A DNA stretch of 22,444 nucleotides from a virus (Duplodnaviria; Heunggongvirae; Uroviricota; Caudoviricetes). The stretch's first letter is position 1; each line of letters opens with the position of its first letter. The position numbers and the translations under genes were made by a program. The DNA is taken from IMG/VR virus record IMGVR_UViG_3300027125_000001. One strand, written 5' to 3'. Below, in pieces: positions 1 to 7,914 of this stretch. The notes below the pieces were generated by a model that was not told where the DNA came from, ran no database searches, and worked only from the letters and a program-made list of their open reading frames with translations.

Positions 1-969
1 AACAGCACCTGCTCCTCTCGAAACAACCCCTCTTGAGGGTTTGGGTGCTCTTGCTGCACGCGAACCTCTTGGTCTGGAACCAGAACCGGTCGCGCCGCCG
101 GAACCCGAACGAGATCCCCCGCCAGATGGTTTTCTAGATCTGGCAGATCCGCCCCCTCCAAATAATTCAGAAACTGAATCTACCAAGCCACCTAATAGAC
201 CCCCGCCTCCCATTTCTTCAGAAGATACTTCATTCCGTTTGCCTGCACTAATTTGATCAGAAGCTGCGAACAATCCCTTCAATTTACTAACAGCATTATC
301 TCCGACATCTTGAAGAACAACAGGAGTAGCAGTCACCTCTGCATCAAATATTGCATTTTGTTGTTGTGTTGTATTCTGCACCTTCAATGCATTTAGCATA
401 TCATTAGATGCATAATTCACAGTAGGCGCCGAGGGCTGAGCATTGTTTGAAGCCAATTTTGATAAATCAGCTTTAATGCTCTCGATATTTATCTGAGGAA
501 TACTTTGAGGTGCAAATAATGAATTATTAAACCCAGCCTCAATTAACGCTTTGAAATCTATATTTGACGTTTGAGATGAGGCGCGCTGAAATAATTCTGC
601 AGCGAATGTACTATATTGTTCAGCTAGAGGTATTTTTAATTCGTCGAATATATTGACTGACTTTGAAGTATCAATGAAATTAGTATTCTTGATATTGTCA
701 GATAAATTAAGCTTCAGAGATTCTATTATCGATGGGCGAATTGCATTTGCCAATGAATCATCCATTGTAGAATCTAAAATTTTATTGACCCTATCTCCTA
801 GATCAATTAATAAATCAGATTTAGTTATCGATGCTGATACCTTTTCTTTAATTGCACGTGCTAGCGCATACGAAATTTCTTCAGTCTCACGCCTTCCGAT
901 CAAATCTTGCAGATCTGACATATTGATACGTACGTCAGATAGATTAATGCGTGTGGATTCATCGGCCAT
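1..969 (-). CDS. Partial (runs off left edge) large virion protein, probable baseplate hub / tape-measure-like (T4 gp29-like position)
   Basis: Manual translation: ATG at 969 (MADESTRINLSDVRINMSDLQDLIGRRE...) stays open for 323 codons to base 1; absent from the ORF track because it has no stop in the window. Helical N-terminus followed by a Gly/Ser/Arg-rich linker. Preceded by TGTAAATA late-type motif and lies downstream of gp26-like genes. The product call is positional inference. Confidence 0.6.
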   Translation of the reverse strand, partial: MADESTRINLSDVRINMSDLQDLIGRRETEEISYALARAIKEKVSASITKSDLLIDLGDRVNKILDSTMDDSLANAIRPSIIESLKLNLSDNIKNTNFIDTSKSVNIFDELKIPLAEQYSTFAAELFQRASSQTSNIDFKALIEAGFNNSLFAPQSIPQINIESIKADLSKLASNNAQPSAPTVNYASNDMLNALKVQNTTQQQNAIFDAEVTATPVVLQDVGDNAVSKLKGLFAASDQISAGKRNEVSSEEMGGGGLLGGLVDSVSELFGGGGSARSRKPSGGGSRSGSGGATGSGSRPRGSRAARAPKPSRGVVSRGAGAV

Positions 970-996
970 ATTATTATTTACAGCCGACGTGTCTTA

Positions 997-1830
997 TTAT
1001 TCGGTCACAAAGAAATTCGAGTTAAGATCTAATGGAAAATTAATAGTGGTGCCGTTGTATTCAAATTTATTATTGATGAGTGTTTCCTTTAATTGATTAA
1101 ATTCTGATACGAATTTAGAAATTTTATCAAATGTAGACTTATCAAGCTGATTGACTAATTGAATGCGTTCATCTACTGTTAGTTTATTAAAGGCAATAGT
1201 ACTGCCATTAATATCAATTTCATCAATGAATTGGATAATGTTGTAGATAATAATCTCAGCCAAGAAATTATTTAAAGAATTTGGCTCCTCATCTGATATA
1301 GTATGAAGATCTGCTATATGATTATTAACCACATATTCATCAATTTCCTTTTGTGTTTTTAGAGTCGGGATGCTAACTCGTACTTGAAGATTGCTTGAAT
1401 TGATAACGGAATCTAATACAACTGATGAGTAGTTTTGTTCAAAATTGTCAATAGCAATATCAATATCAAAATTATTATAATGCTTGACACCATCAACATT
1501 AAATTCGCATTTGACAAAATTACCAGAATTAAATCGACGCAATTGATAGCATATGGCTATTTTATCCAAAATAGTAAATTGATCCACATTAGCATCGTCA
1601 ACTAGGCAGTCTTTCAAAATATTATACAGAACAATATTCATCTCGGACTTCAAAACAGACGCATTAATGGCACATTTTAAAAGTTCTTTGTGCTGCTGTG
1701 TTGTGAGTTGTCTGAATTTAAACGAACGAGATAGAGATGGAATCCATACAGCAGTTGCCGCAGACATTGTATTTTTCTTAATAAGATTTAACGCGTCATT
1801 AAAGTCGAGGATTTTTATTGATTCTGGCAT
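997..1830 (-). CDS. Baseplate hub assembly protein, T4 gp26-like
   Basis: VWIPSLSRSFKFRQLTTQQHKELLK...NILKDCL...FTILDKIAICYQLRRFNSGN matches the recalled gp26 pattern (LPS...K.RP..VKEEK.LL...NC...FD.EY.FL.LR..S.G). Start taken as ATG 1830 (MPESIK); the track's TTG at 1848 is an alternative. Confidence 0.65.
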   Translation of the reverse strand: MPESIKILDFNDALNLIKKNTMSAATAVWIPSLSRSFKFRQLTTQQHKELLKCAINASVLKSEMNIVLYNILKDCLVDDANVDQFTILDKIAICYQLRRFNSGNFVKCEFNVDGVKHYNNFDIDIAIDNFEQNYSSVVLDSVINSSNLQVRVSIPTLKTQKEIDEYVVNNHIADLHTISDEEPNSLNNFLAEIIIYNIIQFIDEIDINGSTIAFNKLTVDERIQLVNQLDKSTFDKISKFVSEFNQLKETLINNKFEYNGTTINFPLDLNSNFFVTE

Positions 1831-1849
1831 GCATTTAATTATGTCCAAA

Positions 1850-2755
1850 TTACATTATATCAAGAAATTGATCTTCATAATCCGATGTCTCACGTTGTTG
1901 TTGTGTCGAATTGATTTTCAGAGAAATGAGATGGTCTCTTTCAATTGGAATTAATTGATTGATTGGTTGCCCAGGGAAAAGAGTCATGAAATTCATTTCC
2001 TTTGTATATAAATCTTGGAGATTTGCATTGTATATAGATATCACAAAATTAAACAATGAGTCTAGAGATGTATCGAGATGATACAGCAACGATCCACAAT
2101 TGAAACATCGATAAGAATACGCGATTTCTTTATAGGTTTCCTTCTCAATAAAAGCATCAATAGTCTTATAAAAATTAGACGTTACAGACACACCCAACTC
2201 AGTTAACAACTTGAAATTATTTTCAACGGTAAGAAAATGTGAAGGGACATTATTACCTTCAATAGACATCTCTTTTATGAACGACGATCTCCATAAATTG
2301 TGATCTAGCGTTCCTTTTTTGTCTGACAGTCTTCTATACTCAAGATCATTTACAATCCGGGGCCAACCGATAGTATATCGCAATACATTACCAAAATCAA
2401 TACTAAGATGTGTGTCTGCATATTTAATTTTGCTGAGTACCTCATCAATCTCCAAATTAAAAGACATAGTATCACCACAATCACATTCAACGGAATACTT
2501 TAACTCTTTATCGAAGCAATACCCTCGGGTGTATATGGCATAATATAATCGATCAATGATATTAAAATCATTATAAGATTCCATGCAATTTTCTTGCATG
2601 ATTTTGTCAATAGCAAAACAAAATGACGAAGAATTTAGCGTTGTCTGCTTCGCAGCCTTTGCAAGAATTTTTTCTTGGTCGTGCGTTATCTCAGCGAAGA
2701 ATAATTCTTTCTCAGCACTTGGTATCCAAATCTTATTAAACGACCGCAATATCAT
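1850..2755 (-). CDS. Second gp26/gp51-like baseplate hub assembly protein with Cys motifs
   Basis: IWIPSAEKELFFAEITHDQEKILAKA...IMQENC...FNIIDRLYYAIYTRG...VECDCG and a later RCFNCG; same N-terminal pattern as the adjacent ORF. Confidence 0.6.
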   Translation of the reverse strand: MILRSFNKIWIPSAEKELFFAEITHDQEKILAKAAKQTTLNSSSFCFAIDKIMQENCMESYNDFNIIDRLYYAIYTRGYCFDKELKYSVECDCGDTMSFNLEIDEVLSKIKYADTHLSIDFGNVLRYTIGWPRIVNDLEYRRLSDKKGTLDHNLWRSSFIKEMSIEGNNVPSHFLTVENNFKLLTELGVSVTSNFYKTIDAFIEKETYKEIAYSYRCFNCGSLLYHLDTSLDSLFNFVISIYNANLQDLYTKEMNFMTLFPGQPINQLIPIERDHLISLKINSTQQQRETSDYEDQFLDIM

Positions 2756-2781
2756 TAAAAGTTAATTACTATGAACGGGTT

Positions 2782-3546
2782 TCAAGATCCACTAAATGTT
2801 TTCCCAGATATAATCGAATAATGAGAATAGGAAAAATTAACAGTGGTTGATATTATAGACGAATCCCCCACAGATGCATATTTTTCGCCGGCTATACTTG
2901 AAGGAAAAGCATTATAAAAATAATACGTCTTTCTTTTGATAGGTGCTTTACCCGGGCCAGTTAGTGCATATAAGCTGCATATAATATCGCTCCGCAATTT
3001 CAAATTGTCGCGGCGATTATAAGCAACCAAACTATCGGCAGCAACATTGATCATCCATGGGCGAATTGCAGTATCCACATATGATATATTAGTCTCGAGA
3101 AAAGATATACGCAACGCATCTAATTCATTACGACCCTCAGTAAGGATACCACCCAAGTAACCAGCAGATTTTTCTACAGCAGCCCTTTTAGTTGTAATCC
3201 CGTCAGATATAAAATCAACACCCGTAGCCAACATATTTCCCAAATACCACCCATTTATTTCTTTTGTAGTTGCTGTCACAATCTCTTGACGCTGATCATC
3301 TACATCCCATGATTTTGCAGCGTCGGCCCCCTTCACGCCATATGATATTGATGGATTTGATAAAGGCTCAGACAAATATGTATTCATCACTCGAGGCACT
3401 GTCAGTTCTACAGACCACATAGTCTTGAGAGGAATTGACGTAGGCCATTTTCCTAACAAATCCAAAAAAGCAGGTATTGGTCCTTTGTCGGCGTCGGCAC
3501 CAGCTGCTAGATTAAATTTATATGGTTGAGGTTCTGGGCAATACAT
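2782..3546 (-). CDS. Tail-tube-fold protein, probable baseplate tube initiator (gp54/gp48-like)
   Basis: LRISFLET...IRPWM...KTYYFYNAFPSSIAGEKY...TTVNFSYSHY is the gp19/gp54 C-terminal signature (F.E...W...Y.F..AFP.......V.F.Y); located in the baseplate block. Confidence 0.65.
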   Translation of the reverse strand: MYCPEPQPYKFNLAAGADADKGPIPAFLDLLGKWPTSIPLKTMWSVELTVPRVMNTYLSEPLSNPSISYGVKGADAAKSWDVDDQRQEIVTATTKEINGWYLGNMLATGVDFISDGITTKRAAVEKSAGYLGGILTEGRNELDALRISFLETNISYVDTAIRPWMINVAADSLVAYNRRDNLKLRSDIICSLYALTGPGKAPIKRKTYYFYNAFPSSIAGEKYASVGDSSIISTTVNFSYSHYSIISGKTFSGS

Positions 3547-3554
3547 AATTGAGT

Positions 3555-3920
3555 TTATTCTTTTTTCAATGAGTATGCACCATTTATGAGAATGAGCATT
3601 AACCCATTAGCAGAGTTCAATCTCTTTTCGGGTTCTTTTTCGGTAGGCCGTACGTTATAGAATGTCATTATTTCTTGTGCTATTGGGTCTGTTACTTTCA
3701 TAATCGAGCCAGGAGCAGATTTATCTATATTCTTTAGCATTTGGTCGGCAGATGTCGTTAGTGTCTGTGATACCTTGTTGTAAGGACGAAATTGATTTTT
3801 GTCCTTGGTTGTAGTGATGTTCTGATGTTTACGGTCGAAATTATCAGGATTGTACCCACGATAATCCTTTTCACCTAATAATTTCACTTGATAATATGCA
3901 ACCAATTCGTTATAATTCAT
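3555..3920 (-). CDS. Hypothetical late protein
   Basis: ATG 3920 (MNYNELVAYY) is preceded by TAAGTATAAATAAGGACTAT, containing a T4-late consensus TATAAATA and an AAGGA SD-like element; the track's upstream start at 3962 overlaps the primase and is unlikely. Confidence 0.7.
   Translation of the reverse strand: MNYNELVAYYQVKLLGEKDYRGYNPDNFDRKHQNITTTKDKNQFRPYNKVSQTLTTSADQMLKNIDKSAPGSIMKVTDPIAQEIMTFYNVRPTEKEPEKRLNSANGLMLILINGAYSLKKE
3888..3916 (+). promoter_or_regulatory. Sigma70-type promoter for primase (TTGATA-N17-TATAAT)
   Basis: TTGATA at 3888-3893, 17-nt spacer, TATAAT at 3911-3916, about 30 nt upstream of the primase ATG. Confidence 0.65.
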
Positions 3921-3928
3921 ATAGTCCT

Positions 3929-3940
3929 TATTTATACTTA
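3929..3940 (-). promoter_or_regulatory. T4-type late promoter (TATAAATA) overlapped by TAAGTA
   Basis: Minus strand reads TAAGTATAAATA, 8 nt before ATG 3920. Confidence 0.6.
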
Positions 3941-3945
3941 GAGAG

Positions 3946-4980
3946 ATGAGCGAATTTGACAATAATTTACCAGCTGATTATGTGCTTGAGAAGTTTTACC
4001 TTCATGCAGGCAAAGCTCGGCGAGTTGGGGACAAATATAACGCATCATGCCCAATATGCAGAGAAGGTAAAAGTTGGTTAAAGAAAAAAAGGCTTTACTA
4101 TTACCCAGGTTCAAATTCAATGTTTTGCCATAATTGTCAAAACTCATGGACGGCGCTGTGGTGGATTAAAGAGGTCACAGGACAAAGCCCGTCTCAAATT
4201 GTTAATGATGCCATGAAAAATTATGGATTTGATATGGGCACCGGTGGCAAATTTTTTAAGAAATTAGAGGCATCATCACAGACATACACAATTCCGGACC
4301 TACCCACCGATGCAATCAATCTGCTAGATGATAATGTAATCGATTTTTATAAAAGTGACCCTGCTGTAACGAAAGCAGTTAAGTATCTTAAAATGAGAAA
4401 ATTAGATACTGCCATAAACAGACCAAAGGCGATTTATTTTTCACACAAGGACAAATACCACGGAGATCGTATTATCATCCCATTTTACGATATTGGTAAT
4501 AAAATCTGCTTTTACCAATCTAGAAAAATAAATGACAATGACGATGGCCCAAAATATTTGTCAAAAATCAATTCAGACAAAAGCATATTCAATTTGAATA
4601 ATGTAAATAACGACATTGACTATTGCTTTATTTTTGAAGGCCCTGTAGACGCATGCTTTGTCAAAAATGGAGTAGCAGTTGCGGGAATTGCATGCACTCC
4701 AAAACAAGAGAGCCAATTAGAAACACTAAAGGCGTTTTATAAAATTGTATGGGTTTTGGACAATCCATATCAAGATCGCAATGAAGATGTTACTGATAAA
4801 TTTATTGAATTAGTAGACAAAGGGGAAACCGTATTTGTATGGCCGGCTGCGTTATCTATATATAAAGATATCAATGATATTTGCATTGATAAGAAAATAA
4901 ATGAATTTCCTTATCAAATTCTACTAAAGCATGCTAAGAACGGCATTGCTGCAAAAGCATCATACATGCAAATAAATTAA
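3946..4980 (+). CDS. gp61: DNA primase, T4 gp61-like
   Basis: N-terminal Zn finger CPICREG...FCHNC, RIIIPF...FYQSR, KYL, and TOPRIM motifs FIFEGPVDACFV and VLDN...D; 344 aa fits gp61 size. Confidence 0.92.
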   Translation: MSEFDNNLPADYVLEKFYLHAGKARRVGDKYNASCPICREGKSWLKKKRLYYYPGSNSMFCHNCQNSWTALWWIKEVTGQSPSQIVNDAMKNYGFDMGTGGKFFKKLEASSQTYTIPDLPTDAINLLDDNVIDFYKSDPAVTKAVKYLKMRKLDTAINRPKAIYFSHKDKYHGDRIIIPFYDIGNKICFYQSRKINDNDDGPKYLSKINSDKSIFNLNNVNNDIDYCFIFEGPVDACFVKNGVAVAGIACTPKQESQLETLKAFYKIVWVLDNPYQDRNEDVTDKFIELVDKGETVFVWPAALSIYKDINDICIDKKINEFPYQILLKHAKNGIAAKASYMQIN

Positions 4981-5822
4981 TCACCCTCGACTAAGCTTTT
5001 GGCGACATCAATGTAGTTAGTTTCCATCTTAGACAAAAGCTCGCGGCGTTTGATGTATAAATCGTAGTCCCACTTTGTAGCCAATTTTACATCGATTTCT
5101 TTAATTTGCTTGACGATTTTTTCATCCATGATAACATCTTCACCGATAATGGTTTCATCGGCATCATCGATTAGTTCAGTGATGTTGTATTCTGCATTAA
5201 GACGTTCCATGTACTCATCAATGCTCTCGCCATTGACGAGACCTTCTTGATTGATTTCAGCAAATAACTCACCGTCTGCTGTTTCAAGCACCATTCTATG
5301 CGATGCTGGCGATGACGATTTATACTCAAACCCGCAACGTGATAATCTCTCAATCACGATTTCAGACGGAGTTAATTCACTTTCAAAAGAATCAGCCATT
5401 CTAATGTTCTTAGCCTTGCGATCCGATGCGATAACAAACCCAGCAATAATTTCTTTAAGTTCAGCTAAGTCGCTTGAAACACGCGCAACCTTATCCGAAA
5501 TACGTGATGCAATTCCCTTAAACACACTATTATCTCTATCTAATACGTTGACTTGTCGGTTAATAGATCCAGTCGCAGTATCATTTAGGTATTTGACAAA
5601 CTCATCAATATTTTGAATCCAATCCTCTGCTGCGGCAACTTCGGCTTTGTATCCAGTGTTAGGGGGTCCAGGCTCTACGTCTAATGCATCTTCAGGCACA
5701 TCATTTTTTGCAAGACGATCACGAAGAGGTGCCTCATCTTGTTGTGCATCATAATTGGTTTCAGATTCAGGAGCTTCCTGTTCGAGTAATGTGTTTAGGA
5801 AAATTTGTTTGAGGTTTGCCAT
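4977..5822 (-). CDS. Hypothetical acidic/helical late protein (possible head-associated)
   Basis: Open 281-aa frame from ATG 5822 (MANLKQIFLNTLLEQE) with ATAAATA motifs directly upstream; no recognised domain. Confidence 0.7.
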   Translation of the reverse strand: MANLKQIFLNTLLEQEAPESETNYDAQQDEAPLRDRLAKNDVPEDALDVEPGPPNTGYKAEVAAAEDWIQNIDEFVKYLNDTATGSINRQVNVLDRDNSVFKGIASRISDKVARVSSDLAELKEIIAGFVIASDRKAKNIRMADSFESELTPSEIVIERLSRCGFEYKSSSPASHRMVLETADGELFAEINQEGLVNGESIDEYMERLNAEYNITELIDDADETIIGEDVIMDEKIVKQIKEIDVKLATKWDYDLYIKRRELLSKMETNYIDVAKSLVEGD

Positions 5823-5825
5823 ACA

Positions 5826-5875
5826 ATATTTATTTATTAGTTGCAACCATCATTTCCGTATGTTATATTTATTTA
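5826..5875 (-). promoter_or_regulatory. Late-type ATAAATA motifs in an 11-nt direct repeat (ATATTTATTTA x2 on + strand)
   Basis: ATATTTATTTA at 5826-5836 and 5865-5875; the reverse complement TAAATAAATAT faces ATG 5822, the nearer copy ending 4 nt before it. Confidence 0.5.
5841..5869 (+). promoter_or_regulatory. Sigma70-type promoter with extended -10 for the queC operon
   Basis: TTGCAA (5841-5846), N17, TATATT (5864-5869), with TG at 5861-5862; the predicted +1 falls at or next to the queC ATG (5875). Confidence 0.55.
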
Positions 5876-6612
5876 TGAATAAGGTTATTATCTTTAGCGG
5901 CGGCTTAGATTCCACAGTGCTGTTGTATGACGTCGCTTCAAAATTAGAAGAAGGTGAAGTTTTATATTGTTTGAATTTCTTCTATGGCCAAAAGCATTCC
6001 ATTGAATGTGCCAGAGCAGCTGCAGTAGTAGATCATTTGGCGGCGCTTTCGAACAACAAAGTAATTTTACATGAAATTTCGTTGAAGCATGTTTTTGACT
6101 ACTTGCAAACATCTGCATTGCTCAACGGAGAATATGACATACCAAAAGCAAAAGATGTTCTTGGAGATCCGCAGCCACTAAGTTACGTGCCTAATCGTAA
6201 TATGATTATGCTGAGCACTGCGGTAGGTTTCGCTGAAAGCACAGAATCAAATGAAGTATATTATGGAGCACAACAAGCAGATACTCTGTCGGGTTATTGG
6301 GACGCTTCTGCAGAGTTTTTGGAAGCAATTAATAGAGTTATTTGCCTTAATCGTAAAAATAGCATTGAAATTAAAGCACCTCTAATGACGATGAATAAAG
6401 AAGAAATCATTAGAAGAGGTGCAGAATTAAACGTACCATTCGAACTGACATGGACATGCTACGACCCGGTTTATATTCCGGGTGTTAAAACACTTTCATG
6501 CGGCGAATGTGTCGCATGCGCCAATAGATTACAAGGATTTATTAATGCCGGGTTAAAAGATTCCATGGAATATGCAATTTCCATTGACTATGAGAAATAC
6601 GGCATTCAATGA
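5875..6612 (+). CDS. queC: 7-cyano-7-deazaguanine synthase-like PP-loop ATPase (QueC family)
   Basis: IFSGGLDST PP-loop, YGQKHSIE, YVPNRNMIMLS, APLMTMNKEEII, TWTCY...CGECVACANRLQGF (four Zn cysteines). True start MNKVII at 5875 rather than 5755. Confidence 0.92.
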   Translation: MNKVIIFSGGLDSTVLLYDVASKLEEGEVLYCLNFFYGQKHSIECARAAAVVDHLAALSNNKVILHEISLKHVFDYLQTSALLNGEYDIPKAKDVLGDPQPLSYVPNRNMIMLSTAVGFAESTESNEVYYGAQQADTLSGYWDASAEFLEAINRVICLNRKNSIEIKAPLMTMNKEEIIRRGAELNVPFELTWTCYDPVYIPGVKTLSCGECVACANRLQGFINAGLKDSMEYAISIDYEKYGIQ

Positions 6613-7289
6613 GAATTATGAAAAGTACTGATATTTATTTCATCACAGCGACAAAAATGCACCATTACGATTTTTGGTGTAATTCCCATCTTGGAAAGTT
6701 CTTGAGAAAGGCTAAAGTCTCGGACCAGACATATGTTGCTTATAACAATAAGCAAGGCCTATCCGAAATTTACAACCATGCAATTTTGGAATGTGAGCAT
6801 GATTATGTAGTGTGTGTTCATGATGATGTCGTAATTGAAGATATTTTTTGGTTTGAAAAATTGAAAGAAGGATTTGAAAATTACGACATCTTGGGTCTTG
6901 CTGGTAGTTCTAATACAGAAATCAAATCACCGGCACTTTGGCATTTAATGTCACCTAGAGAACAATGGATGGGATTTGTGAATCATTATATTCCAAATAC
7001 AAACCAATCTTTCGCAACATCTTTTGGACCTTCCCCATCTAGATGCATCGTTATGGATGGGCTGTTTTTAGCTGCTAATAGAAAGGCACTTATGGATAAT
7101 GGTGTGCTTTTTGATCCTCAATTCGATTTCCATCATTATGATATTGATTTTTGTCTTCGCGCAAATAAAGCAGGGTTGAAAATGTCAACAGTTCCTATCC
7201 ATGTCACACACGCATCAGGCGGACTGAGTTCTACAGATAATGAAAGATGGAAAAATAGTGAAAAGAGGTTTTTAGCAAAGTATAGTTAA
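6609..7289 (+). CDS. GT-A fold glycosyltransferase (GT2-like / Glyco_tranf_2_5-like)
   Basis: YVVCVHDDVVIED (DxD-type), ILGLAGS, VMDGLFLA, FD..FDFHHYDIDFCLRANKAGLK, VTHASGG; ATGA overlap with queC. Confidence 0.85.
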   Translation: MRIMKSTDIYFITATKMHHYDFWCNSHLGKFLRKAKVSDQTYVAYNNKQGLSEIYNHAILECEHDYVVCVHDDVVIEDIFWFEKLKEGFENYDILGLAGSSNTEIKSPALWHLMSPREQWMGFVNHYIPNTNQSFATSFGPSPSRCIVMDGLFLAANRKALMDNGVLFDPQFDFHHYDIDFCLRANKAGLKMSTVPIHVTHASGGLSSTDNERWKNSEKRFLAKYS

Positions 7290-7293
7290 TCAT

Positions 7294-7914
7294 ATGTGCG
7301 GAATTTTTAAATCAACTAAATTGGAAAGATTCAATGAATTATACGACGCAAATACCGTTAGAGGGTTTAGTAGTTTTGGCGGAGTATTTCGGAGAAATAA
7401 TAAACACACTATATACAAAAGTGATGACATGGATATCAGATTCAATGCGAATGATGCATCTCTTTATCTTGGTCATCTGCGAGCGCCTACTGGGATTGGT
7501 CATACATTTACACCAATAAGATGCCATCCTTTTGAATATCGGAATTGGTTGGTTGCTCACAACGGCATCCTAACAAACCACAAAGAGCTTATTCCCGAAC
7601 ACATTCGAGACAATCATACATATGAAATAGATAGTAGTGTAATCCCGTTTCAATTGCATATCCATGGCTTTCAATGTTTTGAAAAATTTAAAGGAACGTG
7701 GGCTTGTTGGATGTATAATATTTTAACCAATCAGCTTTTTGTTACACGTTCGGATAATACTCTATTCATGGATCCAGAGACTGGGGATTTTTCTTCAACA
7801 GCTACAAATAGATGTAGTCAGAGCATCAACCCTAGAGTAGTATACGAAATTAAAGATAATGAATTCATCGAAGTCCACAGTTATCAAACCAAGCCTCTTT
7901 ATTTTATTCCATGA
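7294..7914 (+). CDS. Stand-alone class II (Ntn) glutamine amidotransferase
   Basis: MCGIF (Cys2 nucleophile), LGHLRAPT, CHPF, VAHNGILTN, IDSSVI; 206 aa with no fused synthase domain. Confidence 0.9.
   Translation: MCGIFKSTKLERFNELYDANTVRGFSSFGGVFRRNNKHTIYKSDDMDIRFNANDASLYLGHLRAPTGIGHTFTPIRCHPFEYRNWLVAHNGILTNHKELIPEHIRDNHTYEIDSSVIPFQLHIHGFQCFEKFKGTWACWMYNILTNQLFVTRSDNTLFMDPETGDFSSTATNRCSQSINPRVVYEIKDNEFIEVHSYQTKPLYFIP

Noticed and set aside
41-1096. Plus-strand ORFs 41-256 (Pro-rich) and 653-1096
   Set aside because: Antisense shadows of the long minus-strand ORF 1-969; the Pro-rich text is the complement of Gly codons.
5875-7914. QatABCD or type IV CBASS-like defence system
   Set aside because: QueC plus a GATase-like gene recalls QatBC, but there is no P-loop ATPase QatA, TatD, CD-NTase or TGT-like gene, the GATase starts with catalytic Cys, and no called ORF begins with Met-Gly as a deazaguanylation acceptor.
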